A stretch of DNA of 64,000 nucleotides from the NCBI GenBank assembly GCA_030390025.1, contig CM059431.1, positions 97,094,001 to 97,158,000 on the forward strand. Reading direction: 5' to 3'. Below, piece by piece: positions 1 to 13,562 of the stretch; position 1 is the stretch's first letter; each line of letters starts with the position of its first letter. The stretch is from Squalus acanthias (Eukaryota). Below the pieces are notes generated by a model. The model made no database searches. It saw only the letters and a program-made list of their open reading frames with translations, and was not told where the DNA came from. The position numbers and the translations under genes were made by a program.

Positions 1-2290
1 AGTTTAAGTGGACACCGTCCCAACGGAACAGCTCCTTCTTTTCCCAGTACTGGTACCAGAGCCCCATGAATTGGAACCCCTTCCTTCCACACAACTCTTT
101 GAGCCACGCATTTAACTCTCTGATTTGCCTGTCCCTTTGCCAATTTGCGTGTGGCAATTGCGTGGGGTTAAGGTACTGATTTGGAGAGAGAACTGGTTGG
201 CAGACAGGAAGCAAAGAGTTGGAATAAACGGATCTTTTTCTGAGTGGCAGGCAGTGACTAGTGGGGTACCGCAGGGATCAGTGCTAGGACCCCAGCTATT
301 CACAATATATATTTATGATCTAGACGAGGGAACTAGATGTAATATCTCCAAGTTTGCAGATGACAGAAAGCTGGGTGGGCATGTGTGCTGTGAGGAGGAT
401 GCAGAGAAACTCCAGTATGATTTGGACAGGTTGGGTGATTGGGCAGATGCATGGCAGATGCAGTATAATGTGGATAAATGCGAGGTTATCCACTTTGGTG
501 GCAAAAACAGGAAGACAGATTATTATCTGAACGGCAATAGATTGGGAAAAGGGGAAGTGCAACGAGTTCTGGGAGTCCTTGTGCACCAGTCACTGAAGGT
601 AAGCATGCAGGTGCAGCAGGCGGTTAAGAAGGCAAATGGTATGTTGGCCTTCATAGCGAGAGGATTCGAGTACAGGAGCAAGGATGTCTTGCTGCAGTTG
701 TACAAGGCCTTGGTGAGACCACACCTTGAGTATTGTGTGCAGTTTTGGTCGCCTTATCTGAGGAAGGATGTTCTTGCCATGGAGGGACTGCAGCGAAGAT
801 TTACCAGACTGATACCTGGGATGGCAGGAATGACGTATGAAGAGAGATTGGGTCGATTAGGCTTATATTCGCTAGAGTTTAGAAGAATGAGAGGGGATCT
901 CATTGAAACTTATAAAATTCTAACAGGACTAGACCGACTAGATGCAGGAAGGATGTTCCCGATGGCGGGGGAGTCCAGAACCAGAGGTCACAGTCTAAGG
1001 ATAAGGGGTAAGCCATTTAGGACTGAGATGAGGAGGAATTTCTTCACCCAGAGAGTGGTGAACCTGTGGAATTCTCTACCACAGAAGGCAGTTGAGGCCA
1101 ATTCATTAAATATATTCAAGAAGGAGATAGATATATTTCTTAAGGCTAAAGGGATCAAGGGATATGGGGAGAAAGCAGGGACAGGGTACTGAATTTGGAT
1201 GATCAGCCATGATCTCATTAAATGGCGGAGCAGGCTCGAGGGGCTGAATGGCCTACTCTTGCTCCTATCTTCTATGCTCTATGGCTTAGGTAACAATCCA
1301 GAGATTATTACCTTAGAGGTTCTGCTTTTTAATTTGGACCCTAGCTCCTCAAACACTTTCAGCAGAAACTCATTCCTAGTTCTACCTATGTCGTTGGTTT
1401 CTACATGGACCACGACAACTGGATCCTACCCCTGCCACTCCAAATTTATCTCCAGCCTGGAGGAAACAATGTTAAGCCTGGCACCAGGCAGGCAACACAG
1501 CTTTTGGATCTCCCAGTCGTGAATGCAGAGAACAGTATCTATCCCCCAACTATAATGTCCCCTACCACTACAAATTACTTTTCACTCCCCCCACTTGAAT
1601 GGCCACCTGTACCATGGTGCCGTGGTTAGTTTGTTCATCAACTCTGCATGCTTTGTCCTCATCCACACAGGCAGCAAGAACCTCATACCTGTTGGACAAG
1701 GGCAAAGGCTGAGGCTCCTCCAGCACTGCACCTTGGGTCCCCTTCCCTGAATGAGTTGCAGTCATGCCCTCCTGTCCCTGACCACTAACCAGACCTGTAC
1801 TAGCTAACCTAAGGGGTGTGACTGCCTCCTGGATCAAAGTGTCCAGATAACTCCCTGATGCCCGACAATGTCTGCACCTTGGACTCCAACTCAACAACTC
1901 TGAGCTGAAGTTCCTCAAGATACAGACGCTTACTGCAGATGTGCTCTTCCAGAATCACGATGCTGTCCACAAACTCACATATGCTGCAGTTGCGGCACAC
2001 CACCTGCACTGCCATCCCTTTATAAACTTGTTTTATTTATTTATTTAATTGAAATTGATGTATGTAATTTACTTAGCTTATAGTTTAGTTTTTAACTAAT
2101 TACTAGATCTAATTTAAGTTCTAGGTAGATGAAATTAAATATTTACCTGTAATGCAAAGCACTACAAGTATTGGAGTCAAAAAGCAGCACCTCCTTCCCC
2201 CTCTGCTCCGAATTCCCACTCTCTCCAAATTCCAAACTTTAACACTCTGTTTAGAAGCACTCCATTTAAGATCACTCTGTGCATACCATG
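1..2290 (-). mobile_element. CR1 LINE 5' part (5' UTR and ORF1 zinc-finger/SGNH esterase), split by a younger CR1 at ~156-1281
   Basis: Minus-strand ORFs 1809..2015 (CRNCSIC..HICSK) and 1568..1918 (PLPLSNRYEVL); 1-155 reads as the esterase end (W..ELFRWDGVHLN) and is continuous with 1282 onward; 2015-2290 is homologous to the 5' UTR at 16200-17360. Confidence 0.85.
156..1281 (+). mobile_element. 5'-truncated CR1 LINE (RT C-terminal half and 3' UTR)
   Basis: ORF 125..1192: SGVPQGSVLGP, KFADD, RPHLEYCVQFWSP, TRGH, GYGEKAGTGY*; CR1 3' UTR ending tctatgctctatg. Confidence 0.95.
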
Positions 2291-2344
2291 CTCTGGTCTA
2301 CCGGTATACGGTGTGTGATTATCGGTATACAGTGTGATTATCAG

Positions 2345-2470
2345 TATAGGAACATAGGAACAGGAGGAGGCCATTCAGCTCCCCGAGCCTGTTCCGCCAT
2401 TCAATGAGATCATGGTTGATCTGTGACTTGACTCCATATACCCGCCATTGGCCCATATCTCTTAATACCA
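2345..2470 (-). mobile_element. CR1 3'-end fragment
   Basis: Reverse complement of CR1 3' UTR (ataggaacataggaacagg..ggccattcagc). Confidence 0.8.
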
Positions 2471-3741
2471 TTGGTTAACAAAAATGTGTCCCATTTCATG
2501 GGGCACTGGCACCGGTATTGGGACAGGAAGGAACTGTACCGTTGCGACAGGCTCCACCTGAACCAGGCTGGGACCAGGGTCCAAGCAGAAAGGATAAATA
2601 GGACAGTCACAAGGATTTTAAACTAGTAAATGGGGGGAGGGGGTAGGGTGCAAGTGGAAAATGTAGTAATAATAATAGTTCAGAAACAAACGAAAGGGAA
2701 GATAGTAGAGTAACAGTCAGAAATTGTGCTTTACCCACTACAGGTAAAGGGAAAACTAAAAGATGTAAAATGATTAAACCAGGAGAGAAATATGAAACAT
2801 GTGAGTAAAACATTAGAGCTGAAGGACAGGCTATGGTGTGTGGCCCAAATAAACGTTCTTTATACAAACGCACAGAGTATAAGGAATAAATTGAAAGAAC
2901 TGCAGGCACAAATTTGACTTAGAAGGTATGATCTGGTAGCCATTACTGAGACATGGCTGTAAGAAGGTCAGGACTGGGAACTAAATATACCAGGTTATAA
3001 GGTCTACAGGAAAGATAGGGAAAATGGAAGAGGGGGAGGAGTAGCCTTCGTGATTAAAGATGAAATCACTTCAATGATAAGAGAGGATATAATGAGAGGT
3101 AAGCAGGGACTGGAGACTTTATAGGTAAAATTAAGAAATAGGAAAGGATTTAAGACTGTAGTTGGAGTTGTGTATAGGCCCCATGGTAGCAGCTGTGAAG
3201 TGGTAGATTGTATAAATGCAGAGATCAGATATGTGTGTAGCAAAGGCAGAGTGGTTTTAATGGGGGATTTTAACTTTCATATAGATTGGGATAAACAGAC
3301 GAGCACCAGTCAGAAAGGTAGTGAATTTCTTGAGTGTGTTTCTTGATAGTTTTCTGCCACAATATGTCCTAGATGCAACAAGGGGGCATGCCAGATTAGA
3401 TTTAGTAATGAGTAATGAGCCAGATTTAGTTAACAGCCTAACGGTGCGTGAACATTTATCCGATAGCGACCATAACATGATGGAGTTCAACGTAGCGTTT
3501 GAAAGGGAGAAACGCAAAACAGCTACTAAGATTCTAGATTTAGGTAAGGCTGACTTCAATGCGATGAGACAGAGACTGTCCACAGTAAACTGGGTAAATC
3601 TGTTAATGGGTAAAACGAGAGAAGATCAGTGGTAGGTGCTCAAAAAAGAATTGAAGGTGATACTGAGGGGCAAGAGCGCTACTTGCCAAAAAAACAGCCA
3701 ATGATGACTAAAGAGTAAGAGATAACATAAAACTAAAAGAA

Positions 3742-4146
3742 GAATGAGAGGGGATCTCATTGAAACGTATAACATTCTGACAGGGCTAGACAGACTGGAT
3801 GCAGGGAGGATGTTTCCCCTGGCTAGGGGGTCTAGAACGAGGGGTCACAGTCTCAGGGTATGGGGTAGGACATTTAGGACTGAGATGAGGAGAAATTTCT
3901 TCACTCAGAGCGTGGTGAACCTGTGGAATTCTCTACTACAGAAGGCTTTGGAGGCCAAGTCACTGAATATATTTAAGGAGGAGATAGATAGATTTCTAGA
4001 CGCAAAAGGCATCAAGGGGTATGGGGAGAGAGCAGGAATATGGTATTGAGATAAAGGATCAGCCATGATCATATTGAATGGCAGAGCAGGCTTGAAGGGC
4101 CGAATGGCCTACTCCTGCTCCTATTTTTCTATGTTTCTATATGTTT
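3742..4146 (+). mobile_element. Nested CR1 3' fragment with TSD
   Basis: ORF 3744..4049 (RGDLIETY..GYGERAGIWY), tttctatg tail; CTAAAAGAA duplicated at 3733-3741 and 4147-4155. Confidence 0.9.
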
Positions 4147-5744
4147 CTAAAAGAAAAAGCATACAAAAATGCAAAAAATATCATAGATCCTGGTGACTGG
4201 GAAAGATACAAAAAAAAGAGCAAAGGGTCAAAAAACAAATAGTAAGAACTACAAAAAGGGAGAATGAAAAGAAACTTGCAAGGGATATCAAAATCAACAC
4301 AAAAAAAATTACACTTATATTAGGAAAAAGAGGGTGGTCAGGAGCAATGTTGGTCCCTTGAAAACTGGTAACAGTTATACTGTCAATGATAATAAGGAAA
4401 TGGCGGACATGTTGAATAATTACTTTGCGTCAGTATTTACAGTAGAGGAAGAGGATAGCATGTCAGACATCCCAAAGAAACTAATATTGAATCGGGGACA
4501 GGGACTCAACAAAATTAACATAAGCAAAATAACAGTAATGAAGAAAATAATGGCACTAAAGAGTGACAAATCCCCAGGGCCAGATAGTTTCCATCCCAGG
4601 GTTTTAAAGGAAGTAGGTGAGCACATTGCAGATGCCCTAACTATAATCTTCCAAAGTTCTTTCAATTCACAAACTGCTCCTTTAGATTGAAAAATTGCAC
4701 ATGTCACTCTGTTATTTAAGAATGGTGAGAGAGGGAAACCAGGGAATTATAGACCAGTTAGCCTAACATCTGTTGTCGGGAAATTACTAGAGTCTATAAT
4801 TAAGGATAGGGTGACTGAACACCTTGAAAATTTTCAGTTGATCAGAGAGAGCCAACATGGATTTATGAAAGGCAGGTCATGCCTGACAAATCTGATTGAA
4901 TTTTTTGAAGAGGTGACTAAAGTAGTGGACAGGGGAATTTCTATGGATGTTATTTATATGGACTTCAGAAGGCATTTGATAAAGTCCCTCATAAGAGACT
5001 GTTACCTAATGTTGAAGCCCATGGAATTGAGGGCAAATTATTGACCTGGTTAGGAATTGGCTGAGTGGCAGGAGACAGAGAGTAGGGATAATGGGTAGGT
5101 ACTCTAATTGGCAGGATGTGACTAGTGGTGTCCCGCAGGAATCTGTGTTGGGGCCTCAACTATTCACTGTAATTATTAACAACTTGGATAATGGAATAGA
5201 AAGCCACATATCCAAATTTGCTGATGACACAAAGATAGGTGGCATTGTAGGCAGTGTAGATGAAAGCATAAAATTATAAAGGGATATCGATTGATTAAGC
5301 GAATGGGCAAAACTGTAGTAAATGGATTTCAATGTAAGCAAATGTGAGGTCATCCACTTTGGACCTAAAAAGGATAGAACAGGGTACTTTCTAAATGGTG
5401 AAAAGCTAAAAACAGTGAAGATCCAAAGAGACTTGGGGGTCCAGGTACATAGATCATTAAAATGTCATGAACAGATACAGAAAATAATCAAAAAGGCTAA
5501 TGGAATGCTGGCCTTTATATCTAGAGGACTAGAATACAAGGGGGTAGAAGTTATGCTACAGCTATACAAAGCCCTGGTTAGACCACACCTGGAGTACTGT
5601 GAGCAGTTCATGGTACCACAGCTTAGGAAGGATATATTGGCCTTGGAGGGAGTGCAGTGTAGGCTTACCAGAATGATACCCGGACTTCAAGGGTTAAATT
5701 ATGAGGAGAGATTAGACAAACTAGGGTAGTAATCCCTGGAATTT

Positions 5745-5910
5745 ACGAACATACGAATTAGGAGCAAGAGTAGGCCATTCGGCCCTTTGAGCCTGCTCCG
5801 CCATTCAATAAGATCATGGCTGATCTGATTACTCCACATTCCCGCCTACCCCCAATAACTTTTCACCCCCTTGCTTAACAAGAATCTATCTACCTCTGCC
5901 TTAAAAACTT
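5745..5910 (-). mobile_element. Nested CR1 3'-end fragment
   Basis: Reverse CR1 3' UTR interrupting the host LEF|RRLRGDL segment. Confidence 0.8.
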
Positions 5911-6339
5911 TTTAGAAGGTTAAGGGGTGATTTGATCAAAGTTCTCAAGATATTAAGGGGACCATATAGGGTAGATAGAGAGAAACTATTTTTGCTGGTT
6001 GGGGATTCTAGGACTAGGGGGCATAGTCTAAAAATTAGAGCCAGGCCGTTCAGGAGTGAAATTAGGAAACACTTCTACACACAAAGGGTGGTAGAAGTTT
6101 GGAACTCTCTTCCGCAAATGGCAATTGATGCTAGATCAATTGTTAATTTTAAATCCGAGATTGATAGATTTTTGTTAACCAAAGTTATTAAGGGATATGG
6201 GACAAAGGAGGGCATATGGAGTTAGGTCGCAGATCAACCTTGATGTCATTGAATGGCGGAACAGGCTCGAAGGGCCAAATGGCTTACTCCTGCTCCTATT
6301 TCTTACATTCTTATGTTCTTATGTTCATATGTTATCCTC

Positions 6340-7560
6340 CTTCTCGCATGCACCTCTTGCTTTCCCGCCTTCCTGTCACCACACTCCACCCTTGTGCTTT
6401 CCTCATTTCACACACCCAAGAAATGCATCCTGCCCAGCCAGTGGTTGACCAAGAAGAGGGTGAGGAGAGTGAATAATAATAATAATAATAATAATGATAA
6501 GAAGAAAACACCATCACTTGATTTGACACTCCCAGCCACCAACTCCTCAAGGTCGACCAGCAAGGTCATTTGCAGTGTCCCCCACTGAAATTCAGCAACC
6601 TTCCACCAGCCATGCTGCAGCCACCGGGGTAGCACTGCGTGACATCAGTAGGAAAGGCAAAAGGCACAAAGAAGACAGTCACTAAGGGAACGCATAAGGG
6701 TGATGAGTTGATGTCTTGATGTCATATTGGATGGATAGGTGTATAAAGTTGGATTGGAAAGTTTGCTTTGTGGTGGATTTTATTTCAGCATTGTGGTCAC
6801 GAAGACGCTGTGATGGTCAGTAACAGAGGGAAGGTAAGGTGTGGGACAAATGTTGCAAGGGGAATTGGGGTTGTGGTCACTGGTACTGCAGGTGGATCAT
6901 TCCACCCCGGATATCCTGGCCAGAAAGGAGCTCTCTGGGTTACATCCTTCCTTCTGCTTCCTCCTCTTCTGCTTCTTCCTCTTTCCTCTACGAGCGGATG
7001 CTGTAAATCTGAAATAAAAGCATAAAATGCTGGAAATACTCAGCAGGTCAGGCAGCTACTTGGCCTGAGTCGTGAACTCTGTTTCTCTCTCCATGGATGT
7101 TGCCTGACCTGCTGAGTATTTGCAGCATTTTCTGTCTTCTCAGAGGCCTTCCTTTACCATTCGATGCCTTGCAAGCATCCAGCAGCACTCACCTGCACAC
7201 TTAAAAAAACTTTTAACATGTATTTCGTAAGCCACGACTTCAATAAAATCAAATAAATCCAGTCCAAAGGCTTAAATGCAAACTTACCTGAAAGATGTGT
7301 GTGTCTCTTTAAGAGGTCCTGACAGCACCTCTGTAAGTCTGTTGAACGCAGTGCTGCCGGACCTCAGAAAATGGCAGATGCCACGGGACCTGCCACCAGC
7401 TGATGAAAGAGTGGCGGCCACCGTCTTTTCGCTACATTTTCATGGTAATGGGTGGCGTAAAGCACCCGAATTTTTAGAGTGCAATGAAAGCTGTGAGGTC
7501 AGACTGGGGATTGTTGAGCGGCGTCCTGTGGGGGGCAGTTCTGGGCGCTTCTTGTTTCGA
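6340..7560 (+). mobile_element. Degenerate Harbinger relic
   Basis: 6592-6625 cagcaaccttccaccagccatgctgcagccac matches the Myb-gene 3' end at 60095-60127; pyrimidine run 6945-6990 parallels the transposase acidic tail at 60615-60652; no TIRs found. Confidence 0.55.
6994..7138. mobile_element. Penelope-type terminal fragment, inverted pair
   Basis: aaaatgctggaaatactcagcaggtcaggcagc faces its reverse complement; homologous to 22031-22160 and 43432-43782. Confidence 0.65.
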
Positions 7561-8369
7561 ATCTGTATTAAGACTTGGATATCAACACCGAATATAAACT
7601 CGTCAGTTTCACTGTCTAAAAAGAAAGAACAGTCGAGACAGAGTAAGAGTCTCAGGAGTTAGATTAGTTATAGTCAGGTAGAGAAACGAAAATGACAGTT
7701 AACGCTGACGAGTGTAATGTATTGTACATCAGAAGAACACAACGAGTAGAACTAAATCAGCAGAAAAGGACCTAGACAGGGACCCGGGGATTATCGATAG
7801 ACTGACCATGGTCAACGTCTGGATAATGTGGGGAAGCAATGATTAAACATTGAACAGAATGCTGAGGTACATGTTGTACAAGGTTCGAAGGTTCTGCTGG
7901 GCTGCACATCAGATTGCCAACCCTCCAGACTTGTCCTGCAGTCTCCAGGAAGTAAAGATTAATCTCCAGGACGCTGCTGGCAGCAAACCAGGAGAGAAAT
8001 CATAGGGGCATTAAAAATGTGGGGTTTTTTCCAATTCCTTAGAACACTTTCATTTACTGGTTATAAAAATATTGAAGATGGAAAAAAAAAGGATGTTTGA
8101 CTGGGTGTGGTAATTAGAGGTGGGAGATCATTTGATGAAACCTCCAGGAATATGTCCAACCCTAGCTGCACAAAGCACTGACCAGACCACACCTGGACAC
8201 TGTTCAATTCTAGCACTACACCCGAAAAACACATAGGGGCTTTTTTCAAAGTTCTCACTGGGAGATAATTAGCCCATCAATCAGCCCATCAGTCCCGTTC
8301 CAGCCAGAGCCCATGTCTGATTACTCCAGCGCACACATCTCCCACATATCCTTCCATGGACCAATCTTG

Positions 8370-8660
8370 AAAAATAAGGGTTCTAGAACGAGGGGAATAG
8401 ATATGAGATTAAATGTAAGAGGTTTAGGACAGAGAGCTGGGGAAACTTTATTTAGACGGAGGGTTGTGAGGCTGTGGAATGTACAACTGGAGTTAGTGAC
8501 TGAAGCAGAGAGACCATACATTTAAGAATAGGTTGAAGGAAAGGGGAATAAAGGGATATTGGAACAGGGTGGGTACACGGGATTAGGATACTGCTCCTGT
8601 GGGAGAATAAACACCAACACGGACTGGATGGGCCGAACGGCCTGTTTCCATGTTGTAATT
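8370..8660 (+). mobile_element. Old CR1 3' fragment
   Basis: GSRTRG..RVVRLWN remnant followed by ggatgggccgaacggcctgtttc 3' UTR. Confidence 0.7.
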
Positions 8661-9721
8661 TGAGTAAATGTTACACAGAGAAAATTAAACCCACTTGTTG
8701 TGAATTATTTGTAGTTTTGTGCTGTGCCTTCTAGGAACCTGAATTAGACTCTCCCACACCAATTCCACACGAATACAGACAACAGAGGAAGGAAACTTTC
8801 ATCTCACGTGCCTGGCCGGCATTTCGCACCGAGTACAAACAGCAATGTGGCAACCAAATTCATTCATTCTCAAAAACCGATCTTTCTTCAGAATTTCCAT
8901 CTTTGCTACTTGTTAACTGCGTGTTTTTATCATGTCTGGAGAGTGGGGCATTTATTCAGAGAAGAAACATCTTTATAAAGGGAGGGTGTCAGTAGCATCA
9001 CAGCCAAGCTTTGCTGACAGAATTATTGACTTGTTCTTCTGAGCACTTAAGGTAACACACTATGTATCAATCCAGCACCCAGGTCTGTCTGTAACCAGCT
9101 GCAATCATTTGTCCATTTTCTCCCTGTGAAAGGGAGAGGTAAGCATCCTGTATAAGGTGCTGTTGTCAGGAAAAATAACTTCTAATGACACCCAACAGGC
9201 AAGTGAGAGACAGAGCAGGGTCAAGCAAACTCCCTGAGGCAGTCCTGCATATGTGTTGTGACAGGAAGGTGAAAGGGCATTTACCCTCCTGTCACACCAC
9301 ACAGGACTGCCTCGGGGAGTTTGCTTCACTCTGCTCTGGCCTGCATCTTCTGGGGAAAATAGAAAAGACAACATCTCAACTGATGCAGTTTTACAATAAA
9401 AACAGGGTCTCGCATCTGATTCAATGCCCTACAAATGTAAAGGATGACCCGCTCCGAATGTGTGCTGAGCATCCAGAGCATTGCAGTATTCTAGGATACC
9501 AGCTCGAGTAGATTTGGGTGTGAAGTCTGTTGATGGCACAATAGCTGACTGGCGTAAACGGTGTCACTGTGGCTCTTGCAAGCGTCACTTCAGTCGGCTG
9601 AGGAGAGCCGTTCAGTTAGGATGGGACGCTGATTCCCTCTTGTCCACGGGCTGTTTGCTGCGTCCACTCGGATGGGAAGATGCTGGTGGTAAAATCGAGG
9701 CTCCCACCCATGTGGGCAACT

Positions 9722-10035
9722 GCCCCAACTCCGCCCCATCCCTCCCCCAACTCCGCCCCATCCCTCCTCCAGCTCTGCCCCATCCCTCCCCCAGCTCCGC
9801 CCCATCCCTCCCCCAACTCCGCCCCGTCCCTCCCCCAACTCCGCCCCATCCCTCCCCCAACTCCGCCCCATCCCTCCCCAAACTCTGCCCCATCCCTCCT
9901 CCAGCTCCGCCCCATCCCTCCCCCAGCTCCACCCCATCCCTCTCCCAACTCCGCAATAACCCTCCCCCAACTCCGCCCCATCCCTCCCCCAACTCCGCCC
10001 CATCCCTCCCCCAACTCCGCCCCATCCTTCCCCTC
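9722..10035. repeat. 22-bp C-rich minisatellite (CCCCAACTCCGCCCCATCCCTC), ~14 copies
   Basis: Direct tandem repeats; explains the Pro-rich and Gly-rich ORFs in all frames. Confidence 0.95.
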
Positions 10036-11207
10036 AGCTCAGTCTAGCTCCACACACAAGAATCTCTTTGATTGATAGTGCTTTCCTTGTCCATACTGTT
10101 TAAAATATGTGCTGGGGTAAGTGGTTTATGAATTTTACTTGATGTTGCAGTGACTTTGCTCCAAGGTTATCTGTACTCTTCTCCCACTGGAGGCGCACAT
10201 GAGAGTCACACTGCCTGGGGTGAGGTCAGTAAATTTGTGATTGAATGTTACTTTGGGGCAGGGGGAAGATCAAGGGCATATAGGACCAAGCCAATAATAT
10301 CTTTACACAACTTCTGTTGGGAGTTTTATGCCAGTAAATGACCTGCAGATTTTTATCTGATCTTTCATTGTTGAGAGCTGCTCCCCAGGAGATTCTGTGT
10401 GTTTCTCTCTTAACTGAAAACAATCTCGTCATGAATGCGAATACAAAAGTCACCCTCTACTCAGCGAGGAGAGTCTCTTATTGGTTCAGTGTAGGCCATT
10501 GGGAATACAGGCAGGGATGTGTTGTCAAATACACTGCAGAATAGCACATCCACCAATTGCCATCAGGTCGGAGGTGTGATTCCGATGAGATATAAAGTGC
10601 TGATTTTGCTGGTCATGGCATCCAGGGAACTGAGTGTTGCTGGGTACAAAGGTTGGGAAAAATGGGCAGAGATGTGGTTTAGTATTTCCCTGGGTGAGTG
10701 AAGCTTGGCCTGTGCATGAAGTAGATGCCAGTTGGATGGAGCTATTTAAAGGGGAGGATCTTTGGGCTCATTTCCCTTTGGGAACACTTGCTAGGTGACC
10801 CACCTCTGGGACACTGAGTTCTACTGACTGGACGGTCCATGGGGGTCCCGGGGGGGGGTGGGGGTGGTGGGATGGCGGGTGCAGACACTAGGCCACAAGT
10901 TTTGCGGTTAGGTCCCTCCCCCCCCCCCACCAAATGTTAAACTTTGATCGGCACTTTCTGGTTGACGATTGCCATCAGCAGCAGAGGTCTCAGTCAGTGA
11001 GGTCAGTGAGACTGGCCCAGAGCTGACAGGCCTGGAGCTTCCCTGATTCTCCAGACCCTCCACCAGCACTGTTCCCTGCTGGGATGGAGAGGCCTTCACT
11101 GGCTCTGCTCCTGGGGTTTTTAAATCCAGGTGATCCGGGGATGCACAGATGCAGCACATTTTTAGTGTGCCTGAGAGAGTGGCCCAGGTAAATTGGTCCA
11201 TAAGGTG

Positions 11208-11623
11208 TCAGCTGTGGCTCAGTGGGTAGCACTCTTGCCCCAAGTCAGAAGGTTGTGGGTTCAAGCCGCACTCCAGAGACTGAGGCAGTGCTACACTGTC
11301 AGAGGTGCCGTCTTTCGGACAAGACGTTAAACCGAGGCCCCGTCTGCTCTCTCAGGTGGACGTAAAAGAGCCCATAGCACTATTCGAAGAAGAGCAGAGG
11401 AGTTCTCCCTGGTGTCCTGGCCAATATTTATCCCTCAACCAACATCACCAAAAAAAATTATCTGATATTGCTGTTTGTGGGAGCTTGCTGTGCGCAAATT
11501 AGCTGCTGTGTTTCCTACATTACAACAGTGACTACACTTCAAAAGTACTTAATTGGCTGTAAAGTGCCTTGGGATGTCCTGAGATTGTGAAAGGCGCTGT
11601 AGAAATGCAAGTCCTTTCTTCTT
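11208..11623 (+). mobile_element. tRNA-derived SINE, Deu-SINE-like, with L2-type tail
   Basis: A box tggctcagtggg, B box ggttcaagcc, core ggtgtcctggccaatatttatccctc, tail aaaggcgctgtagaaatgcaag. Confidence 0.85.
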
Positions 11624-13562
11624 TCACGAATTTATCCAGTATAAGCTTTAGATCACTTTAATGATCAGTACCATGTACCACTGTTCACTTAAATTGGTTA
11701 TGATTCAGGTGCTTCATTATAACATCTTCTCTTTCAATAGTTTCATGTTGGTTTCCATAGCACACCTTCTCTCCAAAGATATGGAAGCTGCATTCTTCAG
11801 ATATCTGCCCTTCCAGAGTTGCGTGACCCAAGGGTTTCTATTTACAGCAATCTCCTTAATGCATTAAACACAGGTTCACGATACAATACCATAGTCACTT
11901 CAGATTGGCAGATATTCAATACTGATTACAGTTTTAACAGAACAAAACAACTAACGTATTAAATGTAATTAGAAAAATATAAAAAGCACACTGAATTTAT
12001 TCTCAACTACAGAATACAACACAAGTTCCCAAGTGAATAAAGCAATAGAAGTTAAAAATAAGACTACTCAATTAATCCAGACAACAGTTTTAACATACAA
12101 CTGGATCACGCTGTGTAATTATTGAACGTGTTCGATCCTACGATGTTTTATAATGATGCACGGGTGCTATAACATTTAACCCACAGTGTGCAATTCCGGT
12201 AACTCACAGTGGTCTGGCTTTTCATTGTCATCCCATCCCCCAGCCCCACCTGCCCCATGTAAATCGTGGTAGGGAATGGGGCCAAGTAAGCTATCCCATT
12301 TCCCTGCCTTCCACCGATGCCACTGCTTCCTGCAGGGACCACCAGGAGAGGGGTGGTGATAATCCCTGGGGTAGCGTTGGAAGGCTGCCCGTGCCATGTT
12401 TGGGGGAGCAGGACGCTGTAGCACGCACCGTTCCCATCCAATATGGCTCATATCCCAACTTTTGTTAGCAGTGGGTGCACTCATCTACTTTGAATATGGA
12501 AATGATTGGTAGCCTTAACTTAACAGATTTTCTGACTGGAAACATTTCTTTCTCCTCTCCTTCCAGGTCCTCCAAATGTTGGACACCATATTGATCCTTT
12601 CTGTTACCTCCTCCCATGCAGTCAAGATGGCTTTCCTGCCCGGGGTGGGAGGGGGTGGTGGTGAGGGGGTGGTACCCCTCAGTATCAATCAGGGAAACCC
12701 TCCTTTGGCCATATGAAGGTACTGAATGGCAGGATTACGAAAATATGAGCAATGATGGACAGGTAAAGACCCTCTGGTCCATCCAGCCTGTCCCACACAG
12801 CCGCGATACCTTGTCTATCTAAATATATACACGTTCCACCCCATCCAAAACCATGGGAGAGGCGAAAAAATGGATAAAAATCCAGGCCAATTTAGGGAAA
12901 AAAATCTGAGAAATTCCTCTCCGACCCATCTAGGCGATTAAAACTAGTCTAGGATATCACTCTGGCCCTGAATTCCCTGCAGTACCTACCTTCTGTAAGA
13001 GGTGATCTCCGCCCCAGCCAGAAACAGGTCCAGCTCTTGCTTGAAGGATTTCAGCGAATCGGCATCCACCGCACGAGTCGGCAGCCTGTGTCAGAGGTCC
13101 ACGATTCTCTGGGTAAAGAACCACCTCCTGACACCTAACCTAGATCTGGCCTTACACAGCTTAAATTTGTGATCCCTGGTCCTGCCTATCCTATTTAATT
13201 GGAAAACACTGTCAACTGGAACACAATCTATTCCCTTTATCATCTCATAAACCTCGATCAGATCATCCCTAAGTCTATGCCTCTCTAAAGTGTAGAGTCC
13301 CAACTCTTTTAGCCTATCTTGATAACTAAGATGCTTTAAACTGGGAATTAGTCCAGTGGCTCCTCCTCTGCACCCTTTCTAAAGCCTGAATATCACCCAC
13401 CATGTGAGGAGACAAAACTGGATGCAGTATTTCAACTGAGGCCTGACCAAGGCCTTGCACAAAGACAAAATAGTATGCCTCATCTTATAATCAATTGTCC
13501 TATGACTGCACCCCAACACCCCATTCACTCTAGATATTACTTCATGGCATTACTCATGTACC

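Larger units (their letters stand above)
2471..6330 (+). mobile_element. Decayed CR1 LINE (ORF1 end, EN and RT) with two nested CR1 3' fragments
   Basis: Fragments 3321..3635 (SDHNM), 4334..4690 (KSPGPD), 4811..5044 (QHGF), 5091..5279 (KFADD), 5322..5729, 5932..6225; many stops and frameshifts; ttcttatg tail. Confidence 0.9.

Noticed and set aside
9481..10075. Pro-rich/Gly-rich ORFs resembling extensin or collagen
   Set aside because: Translations of a 22-bp minisatellite, open in several frames on both strands.
11208..11280. tRNA gene
   Set aside because: A/B boxes belong to a SINE head; no cloverleaf, and it continues into the SINE core.
12176..12484. 102-aa minus-strand ORF in non-repeat DNA
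   Set aside because: No recognisable domain and no supported exon partner.
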